In this document: positions 19,009 to 27,256 of the stretch, in pieces
Layout of the letters: each line of letters begins with the position of its first letter
How positions within the stretch are numbered: the stretch's first letter is position 1
Assembly (NCBI GenBank): GCA_000175855.1
Contig: ACYB01000007.1
Coordinates: forward strand, 30,001-62,000
DNA length: 32,000 nt
Direction of reading: 5' to 3'
Source of the DNA: Raphidiopsis brookii D9
Lineage (GTDB): Bacteria > Cyanobacteriota > Cyanobacteriia > Cyanobacteriales > Nostocaceae
Notes under the pieces: model-generated
What the model was told of the DNA's origin: nothing
Seen by the model: only the letters and a program-made list of their open reading frames with translations
Databases searched by the model: none
Program-made: the position numbers and the translations under genes

Positions 19009-20253
19009 ATGGCTAATATTAACGACAACTACCTAAAACTAAAAGCTGGTTATCTGTTTCCAGAAATTGCTAGAAGAGTCAATGCTTTTGCCCAAGCTAA
19101 CCCTGATGCCCAAATTATTCGTCTGGGTATTGGTGATGTTACTGAACCACTACCAGATGCTTGTCGTCAGGCCATGATTCAAGCTGTTCATGATCTGGGC
19201 GATCGCACTACTTTTAAGGGTTATGGACCGGAACAGGGTTATGTTTGGTTACGGGAAAAAATAGCTGTTCATGATTTTCAAGCTAGGGGAGCTGTTATAG
19301 AAGCAGATGAAATCTTCATTTCTGACGGTTCTAAATGCGACACGGGCAACATTTTAGATATTTTTGGCAGAAATAACATTATTGCTGTTACTGACCCTGT
19401 ATATCCCGTTTACGTCGATACTAATGTGATGGCGGGCAATACTGGAGAAGCTAATGACAAGGGAGAGTATGGTGGTTTGGTATATTTACCCGTAACTGCG
19501 GAAAATAACTTCACAGCGCAAATACCTCAACAAAAGGTAGATCTAATTTATTTGTGTTTTCCTAATAATCCTACCGGTGCAACAGCTACCAAGGAACATT
19601 TAAAAGACTGGGTAAACTATGCTAGATCCCAAGGATCAATAATTTTCTTTGATGCTGCTTATGAAGCATTTATTACCGATCCTGATCTTCCCCATTCTAT
19701 TTATGAAATTGAGGGCGCTAGGGAATGTGCCATAGAATTTCGTTCTTTCTCTAAAAATGCTGGGTTTACTGGTACCCGTTGCGCTTTAACGGTTGTTCCC
19801 AAAACCCTAACTGCTAAAGCTGCAGATGGTTCTAATATAGAATTGTGGAAATTATGGAACCGTCGTCAGTCCACCAAATTTAATGGGGTTTCTTATATTG
19901 TCCAAAGGGGTGCAGAAGCTGTGTACTCGGAGGAAGGACAAGCTCAAATCAAGGCTTTAGTAAATTTCTATTTGGAAAATGCTCAAATCATTCGTCAACA
20001 ATTAACTAGTGCAGGTCTAAAAGTTTATGGTGGAGTAAATGCTCCATACGTATGGGTGAAGACACCAGCTGGTTTAACTAGTTGGGAGTTTTTTGACAAA
20101 CTACTACAGACTGTAAATGTTGTAGGAACTCCCGGTTCGGGTTTTGGTGCTGCTGGTGAAGGTTACTTCCGCATTTCCGCATTTAATAGTCGGGAAAATG
20201 TGGAGGTGGCAATGCAACGAATTACAGAAAAGTTCTCCATGAATTTGCCATAA
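19009..20253 (+). CDS. dapL: LL-diaminopimelate aminotransferase
   Basis: The N-terminus [24 protein letters not shown] is the characteristic DapL start. The PLP region is [13 protein letters not shown] and the protein is 414 aa. Confidence 0.9.
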   Translation: MANINDNYLKLKAGYLFPEIARRVNAFAQANPDAQIIRLGIGDVTEPLPDACRQAMIQAVHDLGDRTTFKGYGPEQGYVWLREKIAVHDFQARGAVIEADEIFISDGSKCDTGNILDIFGRNNIIAVTDPVYPVYVDTNVMAGNTGEANDKGEYGGLVYLPVTAENNFTAQIPQQKVDLIYLCFPNNPTGATATKEHLKDWVNYARSQGSIIFFDAAYEAFITDPDLPHSIYEIEGARECAIEFRSFSKNAGFTGTRCALTVVPKTLTAKAADGSNIELWKLWNRRQSTKFNGVSYIVQRGAEAVYSEEGQAQIKALVNFYLENAQIIRQQLTSAGLKVYGGVNAPYVWVKTPAGLTSWEFFDKLLQTVNVVGTPGSGFGAAGEGYFRISAFNSRENVEVAMQRITEKFSMNLP

Positions 20254-20263
20254 TGTGACATAC

Positions 20264-20294
20264 TCCACACACTCACACGAAGGGTGAGTGTGGA
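20264..20294. terminator. Candidate hairpin between convergent dapL and the helicase gene (imperfect, no clear U-tract)
   Basis: tccacacactcac (20264-20276) pairs with gtgagtgtgga (20284-20294), leaving a 2-nt bulge and a 7-nt loop. Confidence 0.3.
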
Positions 20295-20321
20295 CTTGCG
20301 ACTCCTCTATGAGGACATTGA

Positions 20322-21815
20322 CTAAATATCCAACAAACTATAGCGCTTTTGCAGGTTGAATAGCTTCATTCTAGCTTCACCTGCGTTATCCGCTAAATTA
20401 GAAAATTCTACAAACCTTTTCAATTCTTTTCTCAGCAGGTTCCTTTCCACTTCCATTGCTTCTCGATCTAAGTCTGGAGGTGAAACTATCATATCAAAAA
20501 TTGTCGCCCTTTCTTTACCGGGATGGGGACGTAACACCCTACCGCGACGCTGAATAAATTGCCGAGGATTGCTAGAACTGGATAAAATCACTGCGGTTCT
20601 AATTGCTGGTATATCTACACCCTCATCTAAACAACGAATAGCTACTAAACCCTGCAAGTCCCCACTTTCAAATTGTTTTCTTAACACTTCTCGCTCTGGT
20701 AATGATGTTCGTGCAGTGTAGGTACTGATTTTATATCCCAGTTCTACTCCTAAAATTTTGGTTACTTCTTCCAGTTGGTAAGAATGGTTCCCCCCCTCTT
20801 GGGAACCATCACTACAATAAAATAATGTATGGCTTGTGTTTAGACGATTTAACATTAAATGTCTTAGTGCTACTAGTTTGTTTTCGGCGCTGCTAATTAA
20901 TCTAGCTCGTTTTATCAGTAGAGATTTAATACCCTCCATATCCTCAAAACTAACGGTCTCCTTTATCTCCCGATTTTGTAAACAACGCCCTATTTTTTTA
21001 GTTAATCTTAAATAATTAATACTCTCCAACTCCGTTAATTCAACGAAAACTGGATAGTATAAATAATGCACCAAGGCTCCTTGGTCAATAGCATCTTTTA
21101 AGCTAAACTCTGGTTGCAAAACTGGTCCAAAATATTCCAATAAGGACTCCGTACCTTCCTCATCAAAATATCTTTCTGGTGTAGCTGATAGAGCTAGTCT
21201 TAATCCCACACTACGAGGTAAACTTTCTTCCAACCTGGGCGCACCCAAATTATGTGCCTCATCCCCAATGATTAAGGTCTTCGGTGGAAAATATTTCAGT
21301 TGTGATTGGAAACCTTCCCCAATTAAGGTCAAGTTAGTGGTGATAATAGTCAGAAACTTTTGATAACCAGAACCCAAATTATATAACTCTACCGACATTT
21401 GACTATGCCAATTTCGTATATTCTCGTAAGCTAGAATGGGTTTCAAGTTAAATTTCTCACACTCCCTACCCCACTGGGTAACCAAGTGGCGATGGGGACA
21501 GACCACTAACAAGACTTGTAAGCCTATCTGTTTATATAATTCATAGGCGATCGCCAATGCGGTAATTGTTTTTCCACTACCGGTAGCCATTTTCAATGTT
21601 CCCCGACCATTATTAGCAAACCAACTAGTAATAGCCTGTTTTTGGTATCCTCGTAATTCAACGTGTAAAGGTATTTTAGGACAACCGGGTAAAAATGAAT
21701 TGACATTGTAGTCACCGCCATTTTCCCTGACAAAGGGTAATTTCAGAGAAAAGCTATATGGTGCTGATACCGGTAGTTTAGAACTTGAAGCAATGGAGGA
21801 CGCTATAAAATACAT
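20322..21815 (-). CDS. Superfamily-2 DEAD/DEAH-box helicase (ResIII/XPB-like core)
   Basis: Motif I is KMATGSGKT, motif II IGDEAHNLG, motif III LALSATPE, motif V CLDEGVDIP and motif VI QFIQRRGRVLR. The gene lies 59 nt downstream of lexA on the same strand. Confidence 0.8.
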   Translation of the reverse strand: MYFIASSIASSSKLPVSAPYSFSLKLPFVRENGGDYNVNSFLPGCPKIPLHVELRGYQKQAITSWFANNGRGTLKMATGSGKTITALAIAYELYKQIGLQVLLVVCPHRHLVTQWGRECEKFNLKPILAYENIRNWHSQMSVELYNLGSGYQKFLTIITTNLTLIGEGFQSQLKYFPPKTLIIGDEAHNLGAPRLEESLPRSVGLRLALSATPERYFDEEGTESLLEYFGPVLQPEFSLKDAIDQGALVHYLYYPVFVELTELESINYLRLTKKIGRCLQNREIKETVSFEDMEGIKSLLIKRARLISSAENKLVALRHLMLNRLNTSHTLFYCSDGSQEGGNHSYQLEEVTKILGVELGYKISTYTARTSLPEREVLRKQFESGDLQGLVAIRCLDEGVDIPAIRTAVILSSSSNPRQFIQRRGRVLRPHPGKERATIFDMIVSPPDLDREAMEVERNLLRKELKRFVEFSNLADNAGEARMKLFNLQKRYSLLDI

Positions 21816-21874
21816 TGTTTATTGAAACTAATTAGGATTAGACCTGTTCCTAAGCATTATGGTTAAAGCCATAA

Positions 21875-22486
21875 TTAATTGTAGTTTCGCCAGACACCGA
21901 CTAAAGAACCTTGTATTTCCACTTGAATAGCGGGAACTTGAATAGGTTGATAGTTGGAATTAGCTGGTTTAAGAGTAACCGTGTCTCCTTCAAGATAAAA
22001 CCGTTTTAAAGTCGTACCATATCCCTCCACCCTAGCAGCAACAATGGTGCCATTTTTCATCAGATTGGGTTCGGACACAGGACGCAGGAATACCAAATCA
22101 CCATCAGCGATTAAATCCTCAATCATACTATCACCAGCTACCCGCAAAGCATAACTTTGAGGAGGAATAGGTAGATTAGTTAAATCTAAGTATTCACAAT
22201 CCACCGCATCAGCAAAAGGTTCAATTAAGCCCCCTGCTGCAATAGTTCCTAAAATGGGCACGCCGTACCTACTAGAATGCAATATTCTAATGGTTCGCGC
22301 CTTACCCTCATCCCAGTCGATGTATCTCTTGTTTCGCAAGTGTTCTAACCTGCTTTGAACCGGTGCAGGAGACTTCAAATTTACTCCGTGCATCATTTGA
22401 CGAATAGATGGTGAATGTTGATTAACCCGAATATATTCCACTAACCATTCGTATAGTTCGTTTTGGGCTTCCGTCAGTTTTTCCAT
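21875..22486 (-). CDS. lexA: LexA repressor (S24 peptidase)
   Basis: The winged-HTH N-terminus reads MEKLTEAQNELYEWLVEYIRVNQHSPSIRQMM...VQSRLEHLRNKRYI. An Ala-Gly site (TIAAGGLIEP), the Ser motif AGDSM and the Lys motif TTLKRF are present. The ATG at 22486 is preferred over the upstream ORF-track start at 22552. Confidence 0.9.
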   Translation of the reverse strand: MEKLTEAQNELYEWLVEYIRVNQHSPSIRQMMHGVNLKSPAPVQSRLEHLRNKRYIDWDEGKARTIRILHSSRYGVPILGTIAAGGLIEPFADAVDCEYLDLTNLPIPPQSYALRVAGDSMIEDLIADGDLVFLRPVSEPNLMKNGTIVAARVEGYGTTLKRFYLEGDTVTLKPANSNYQPIQVPAIQVEIQGSLVGVWRNYN

Positions 22487-22517
22487 ATTTTTAGGTAAAG
22501 CAACAACAAACGTTCTA

Positions 22518-22531
22518 AGAACATTTGTACT
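22518..22531 (-). promoter_or_regulatory. Cyanobacterial-type LexA box upstream of lexA (autoregulation)
   Basis: The minus strand reads AGTACAAATGTTCT, which fits the published cyanobacterial consensus RGTACNNNDGTWCB at every position. It lies 32-45 nt upstream of the lexA ATG. I found no other match in the window on either strand. Confidence 0.7.
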
Positions 22532-22717
22532 ACAAAAAGTTTTCTTTAGCAAGACTCACTGGGTATTTCTTAACAATAAATTAATATTTTGCTGGTAGGA
22601 ATGGAGGATGGGAAAGCTATATACCTATGGTAATTTAAAAAAACTCCGGTGTCAATCAACTTGGTCCCATGAGAATTTGGATTTTATGGTTCTTAGAGCC
22701 AAAAGTTAAGCGAAAAT

Positions 22718-23639
22718 TCAGCTAGCACCCAAAATACTAGCCAGTAAAGCTTTTTGAGCATGCAATCTATTTTCAGCTTGATCCCAAACTTTTGATTGGG
22801 AACCTTCTATTACCTCATCGGTAATTTCTTCCCCACGATGGGCGGGTAGACAGTGTAAAACTATGGCTTGGGGGTCTGCTAGACTCAGTAAATCCTGGGA
22901 AATTTGATAGGGTTGGAAGATTGGTAGACGATTATCAGCTTCTGACTCCTGACCCATACTTGCCCAAACATCAGTGTAAAGGATGTGGGCATTTTTAGAT
23001 GCTATGACTGGATCATGGGTAAGCATTACTTCAGTTTTATCACCAGCAATAACCCGGGACTTTTCTACAATATCCTGGTTGGGGGCGTATCCTTGCGGGA
23101 AAGCTATTCTTACATTCATGCCAGCTAAGGCACAACCCAACATTAGGGAATTAGCTACGTTATTACCATCTCCCACATAGGTAAGGGTTAATCCTGTTAA
23201 ATCGCTGAATACTTCTCGAATAGTCAACAAATCTGCTAGAATCTGACAGGGGTGTTCTAGATCTGTTAGAGCATTAATCACCGGTATTTTGGCGTAGTGA
23301 GCAAAAGTGACCAGTTCCTGCTGGGCAAAGGTTCTAATTGCTAAGACATCTAAATAACGGTCTAATACCCTGGCTGTATCTTGCACAGGTTCACCCCGAC
23401 TCACCTGAGTAACATTGGGATGCAGGTCGATTACCTGGCCTCCTAATTGGTACATAGCCACTGTAAAACTTACTCTGGTGCGAGTGGAGGCCTTGGAGAA
23501 TAACAAACCCAAAAACCTTGTTGGAATGTAGTGTTAATTTTTGCGATTTGAGTAATGTTGCCATGGATAGGAGTTCCAGTAGTTCTGTAGAACTTAGATC
23601 TCCTAAACCTAGTAAGTCTCTTCCAGTCAATGCTACCAT
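22718..23639 (-). pseudogene. argF: Ornithine carbamoyltransferase interrupted by a +1 frameshift in a homopolymer (coding-strand T5; plus-strand A5 at 23511-23515)
   Basis: The N-terminal 42 codons (MVALTGRDLLGLGDLSSTELLELLSMATLLKSQKLTLHSNKV) are in one frame. The rest (LGLLFSKASTRTRVSF...HPCQ...HCLP...) is in the +1 frame. Removing one T from aaggtttttggg restores NKVLGLLFSKASTRTR. Total length is 922 nt, or 307 codons plus 1 nt. Confidence 0.85.
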
Positions 23640-23826
23640 GCTGATGATTTGGATTATTAATGTGTTTTTTAAATCTTTCAGATATTTCAACAGTACTAGG
23701 GCTTCAAGTTGAAACTCTATCAACTATTGTTACCTGAAATTACAGGATTTTTTATGCCACATTCATACTATAGCACTGGGGGAAAAATTTTTGGGACTTT
23801 TTTGCCAGATTTTTAGAAAAAACCAC

Positions 23827-23854
23827 TGGACAAATTTTGGTTCTGTGCTATGAT
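23827..23854 (+). promoter_or_regulatory. Candidate sigma70-type promoter for tRNA-Thr
   Basis: TGGACA (23827-23832), a 16-nt spacer and TATGAT (23849-23854) lie about 38 nt upstream of the tRNA 5' end. Confidence 0.3.
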
Positions 23855-23891
23855 TACATATCAGTGGGCGTTAACTAGATCTTAGCCCCTT

Positions 23892-23963
23892 GCCAGCATA
23901 GCACAGCGGTAGTGCATCCGACTTGTAATCGGAAGGTCGTCAGTTCAATCCTGACTGCTGGCT
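23892..23963 (+). tRNA. tRNA-Thr (anticodon UGU), no encoded CCA
   Basis: Manual cloverleaf: acceptor GCCAGCA/TGCTGGC, D arm GCAC-AGCGGTA-GTGC, anticodon arm TCCGA-CTTGTAA-TCGGA (anticodon TGT), variable loop AGGTC, T arm GTCAG-TTCAATC-CTGAC. Confidence 0.9.
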
Positions 23964-24098
23964 CTCTTGTCACTTGTCAAATTATTTGTCCGCGTTGACT
24001 CACTATATACAATGTGAAAATATAAAATTATAAAATTATTCATGCAGCTTAAATCACACCATGTTACAATCTGCTTTTAAGTTCATTTTTAAAAACCA

Positions 24099-24974
24099 TT
24101 ACCTAATACTTTCTAAAATCCTCCCTATCATACCATTAGCCTGATTGCTATAACCACCTCCAAATAAATTAAAATGATTTAAAATATGATACAAATTATA
24201 AATATTTTTCCGTTTTTCATAGCCTTGTGCTAGAGGAAATTCTTCTTCATAGCCCTGGTAAAAACTAGGAGGAAAACCACCAAAAAGTTCAGTCATGGCA
24301 ATATCAACTTCCCGATCGCCAAAATAAGTAGCTGGATCAAAAATCACTGGCTGACCATTAATTATAAATCCCACATTTCCTCCCCATAAATCACCATGAA
24401 CTAGGGATGGTTCTGGTTTATGGTCAGCTAATAAGCTGGGAATGACATCCAATAATTTTTGTTCTCCAGGAAAATTTCCACCCCGTCTTCTTGCTAAGTG
24501 AAATTGGTAACCTAGTCGGTTTTTGAAAAAAAATTCATCCCAGCTTAACATCCAATTATTAATTTGTGGTGTGGAACCAATAGTATTGTTTATATGCCAA
24601 CCAAAACCTTGTTCACTGGTAGTTTTGTGCATTGCTGCCAAATTTCTCCCCATTTGTTGCCAGCTTTTATTATTGCCAGCTGACATTTCCAACCATTCTA
24701 ATACTATGTAACTGCAATTATCTGTAGTTCCCCAACATAATGGTTGGGGAACGCGGATAGTTTTGGTTTCATACATTTGTCGCAAACTCAGCATTTCTGC
24801 TGCAAACATTTCTCCCTGGGATGCTTGATTAGTTTTGACAAAGTAGGTGATATTACCATTGCTAATGGCATAACCCTGGTTAATACATCCACCACTGACT
24901 GATGATTTGTGGATAGTTTGGAACTTTTGCCCAGTTACTTCACTTATCTGCCGATCTATTTCTTGCCACATCAC
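24099..24974 (-). CDS. Fructosamine/ketosamine-3-kinase family protein
   Basis: GGCINQGYAI, FVKTN, MFAAEMLSL, PSLVHGDLWGGN and DPATYFGDREVDIAM are characteristic of the fructosamine kinase family. Confidence 0.85.
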   Translation of the reverse strand: MMWQEIDRQISEVTGQKFQTIHKSSVSGGCINQGYAISNGNITYFVKTNQASQGEMFAAEMLSLRQMYETKTIRVPQPLCWGTTDNCSYIVLEWLEMSAGNNKSWQQMGRNLAAMHKTTSEQGFGWHINNTIGSTPQINNWMLSWDEFFFKNRLGYQFHLARRRGGNFPGEQKLLDVIPSLLADHKPEPSLVHGDLWGGNVGFIINGQPVIFDPATYFGDREVDIAMTELFGGFPPSFYQGYEEEFPLAQGYEKRKNIYNLYHILNHFNLFGGGYSNQANGMIGRILESIR

Positions 24975-25024
24975 CCAGTTTTAAACCTCGCGTTTTAGTA
25001 ATTAATCCTATTTATTACCTTTTA

Positions 25025-26314
25025 TTATCTTGGTTTAATAATAACTGCTCTATAGGCCTGTGGCGAAAGATATTTTTGTGCAGCTTTCATTAAGTCATAC
25101 TCATTCTGCATTTGGATGTGTTGAGGATAATTGAATGCTGGCTCCAAATCACCAAGTAAACACTGATAATAACCATATAATCCAGAACGTTCTCCCGGTG
25201 TTTCATTATTAAAAATAAATCTATTTGCCACTCTTGTTTGTACTCGGAGAATTTCTGACTCTTTGACTAATTCCGTTTGTAGTTTCTCCAAATGTTCAAC
25301 TATACCTGTTTCTACTGCTGCTAAATCTTCCACATTACACTTGGCGGAAATCGTGAATAGTCCCTGTAATTTATAATTACTATTACTAACGGAAATTGTG
25401 GAAACTAATCCCCTTTCTTCCCGTAAGTCTTGTACTAATCTGGAGCTACGTCCTTGTCCTAATATCCCCGCTAAGACATCTAAGGCATAAGTATCTTTCA
25501 GTTCCCCCAATCCCGGTACTCGCCATAAAACAATTAGTCTAGCCTCTTGTAAATTTTCATCCGTAAATTCGTGACTGGTAATTCCCTTAAATGCTGGTTC
25601 TTGATTATCTGTAAACTCTAAAGGTGCATAAGCTGGGTATTTTGAAGACCTTGCCATCTTTTCTTCAAACCCCTCAGCTACAATTTCTATAAGCTGGTCT
25701 ACGGATAAGTTACCAACAGCTACAGCGGTTATAGAAGAAGGTTGATACCAGGTCTGATGGAATTCTCCCATTTGTTGGGGTGTCAGCTGAGAAATTATGC
25801 TTTCTAAACCCAGTATTGGACGACGATAGGGCAAAAAATCAAAGGCCATTTCCATTAGACGGCGAGAAATTCTCCTTCCTATACTGTCTTGTGAACGCCT
25901 AATCTCTTCTAAAACCACTAATCTTTCGGTTTCAAAACTATCTGGGGGAATGGACGGGTTACAAACTAGGTCTATTTGCAGTGGTGCTAACTCTTGAAAA
26001 TCTTTGGGTGCGGTGGTGGTATAAAAATGGGTATAATCTTGACTGGTAGCCGCATTAGTTATTGCACCTCGCTCTTCAACTCGACGCTCAAATTCACCAC
26101 TAGCTAAGTTTTCTGTCCCCTTAAATATAATATGTTCTAAAAAATGGGCCATTCCATTAATGGAATCGGACTCTACAGCAGAACCAACATTTATCCACAC
26201 ATTTAAACTAACTGCTTCAATTGGCATTTGTTCCGCAATGATGGTTAACCCATTGGACAGGGAATGAACTGTGGGTTTTTGAAGAGGTGGACTTTTTGGT
26301 AAGGTTAATATCAT
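25025..26314 (-). CDS. M16 family (pitrilysin/insulinase-like) zinc peptidase
   Basis: The inverted zinc motif HxxEH (GMAHFLEHIIFKGT) is present with the downstream Glu region (ERGAITNAATSQD). The protein is 429 aa. Confidence 0.85.
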   Translation of the reverse strand: MILTLPKSPPLQKPTVHSLSNGLTIIAEQMPIEAVSLNVWINVGSAVESDSINGMAHFLEHIIFKGTENLASGEFERRVEERGAITNAATSQDYTHFYTTTAPKDFQELAPLQIDLVCNPSIPPDSFETERLVVLEEIRRSQDSIGRRISRRLMEMAFDFLPYRRPILGLESIISQLTPQQMGEFHQTWYQPSSITAVAVGNLSVDQLIEIVAEGFEEKMARSSKYPAYAPLEFTDNQEPAFKGITSHEFTDENLQEARLIVLWRVPGLGELKDTYALDVLAGILGQGRSSRLVQDLREERGLVSTISVSNSNYKLQGLFTISAKCNVEDLAAVETGIVEHLEKLQTELVKESEILRVQTRVANRFIFNNETPGERSGLYGYYQCLLGDLEPAFNYPQHIQMQNEYDLMKAAQKYLSPQAYRAVIIKPR

Positions 26315-26341
26315 TTGTGGTGGTGGGTGTTACATTACTAC

Positions 26342-27085
26342 TTATATCTTAAATCCTTTCTCTAGTTTATCCGGAATCATTGATGGAAAAACAGAGACAT
26401 CACTTCCTACATCGGTAAAGTTTAAGAAGTTCTCAACTAACAACTGTTCAAATGTATTCAATGAGTCTTGCCAATTTGCCACTATTTGTTGCAAGTCCTC
26501 TATTTTTTGGGAGGGAGTATTTCCTAGGAGGGGGTAGTTGAAGTTACTGGAAAATAAAATTGCCGCTATCACCTGGTCGGGAAACTCAACTGTTGCTTGA
26601 TTAATACTTAGATTTAAGACTCCCCTTTGTAAGGGATAAGTTAACTGTAGGGTCGCTCCCACTCTCTTACCACCAAATTCTTGCCATGGACCGGGCGCTA
26701 ATAGCCTATTATGGATGTATTGATAGGCATCAGCTTCAGAATTAAAGAGAACAAATCCCCTTGGACTTATACTTAGCTGAGTGTACTCTAGTTGAGAGAG
26801 TTTTTCTACTAGGTTTCGAGTAATATTTGAGACTTGGATCTCCTGCTGGGGCTTTTGTCCTATATTCTCAACTATGGTGATAGCATTGGGTTGAACAAAA
26901 ATCCCCACTCCTGTCTTGAACAAAATTTGTAATACACCGTTGTTATAAATCGGTTGTCTGGCTAACTCCCATTCGTTGGGAACAATACCAGTGTATTTCA
27001 AAAAATCAGGATTAATTACTGTCGGGTTCAAATTTTTGGCAGTGATAGAGATTGCCAGTTCCTGAAGTTGTAAGTTCGCACTCAT
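26342..27085 (-). CDS. Hypothetical protein, 247 aa, no family recognised
   Basis: A long uninterrupted ORF ends 27 nt upstream of the M16 peptidase start on the same strand. It has no TM helix or signal peptide and no motif I can name. Confidence 0.55.
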   Translation of the reverse strand: MSANLQLQELAISITAKNLNPTVINPDFLKYTGIVPNEWELARQPIYNNGVLQILFKTGVGIFVQPNAITIVENIGQKPQQEIQVSNITRNLVEKLSQLEYTQLSISPRGFVLFNSEADAYQYIHNRLLAPGPWQEFGGKRVGATLQLTYPLQRGVLNLSINQATVEFPDQVIAAILFSSNFNYPLLGNTPSQKIEDLQQIVANWQDSLNTFEQLLVENFLNFTDVGSDVSVFPSMIPDKLEKGFKI

Positions 27086-27256
27086 TGTTATTATTACCTA
27101 TCATTATTATTATTATTAATCCAAAACTATTGGATTTCTAGTGGTCATGCTACATACAATTACTGTTTATGTTTAATTTCCATTTTACCCGACTGAGGTT
27201 ACAATTATACTACTATTCGGTAATTCTTGTCATCGGTTCAGCCAAACTAATTGTCT

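Noticed and set aside
22487-22552. 22-codon N-terminal extension of LexA (MLKKTFCSTNVLRTFVVALPKN)
   Set aside because: The extension would run across the LexA box itself. The family N-terminus begins at MEKLTEAQ, so the ATG at 22486 was chosen.
23391-23723. 110-aa minus-strand ORF as an independent gene
   Set aside because: Its middle part is the true argF N-terminus (MVALTGRDLL...HSNKV). The remainder is upstream read-in and out-of-frame read-through after the homopolymer frameshift.
24021-24040. 8-bp tandem repeat tataaaat x2.5 downstream of tRNA-Thr
   Set aside because: It is short, low-complexity AT repeat with no flanking structure.
27103-27117. (ATT)5 microsatellite in the divergent promoter region between the hypothetical gene and the crtD-like gene
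   Set aside because: Five units in AT-rich intergenic DNA is unremarkable. There is no evidence of phase-variable placement relative to a promoter.
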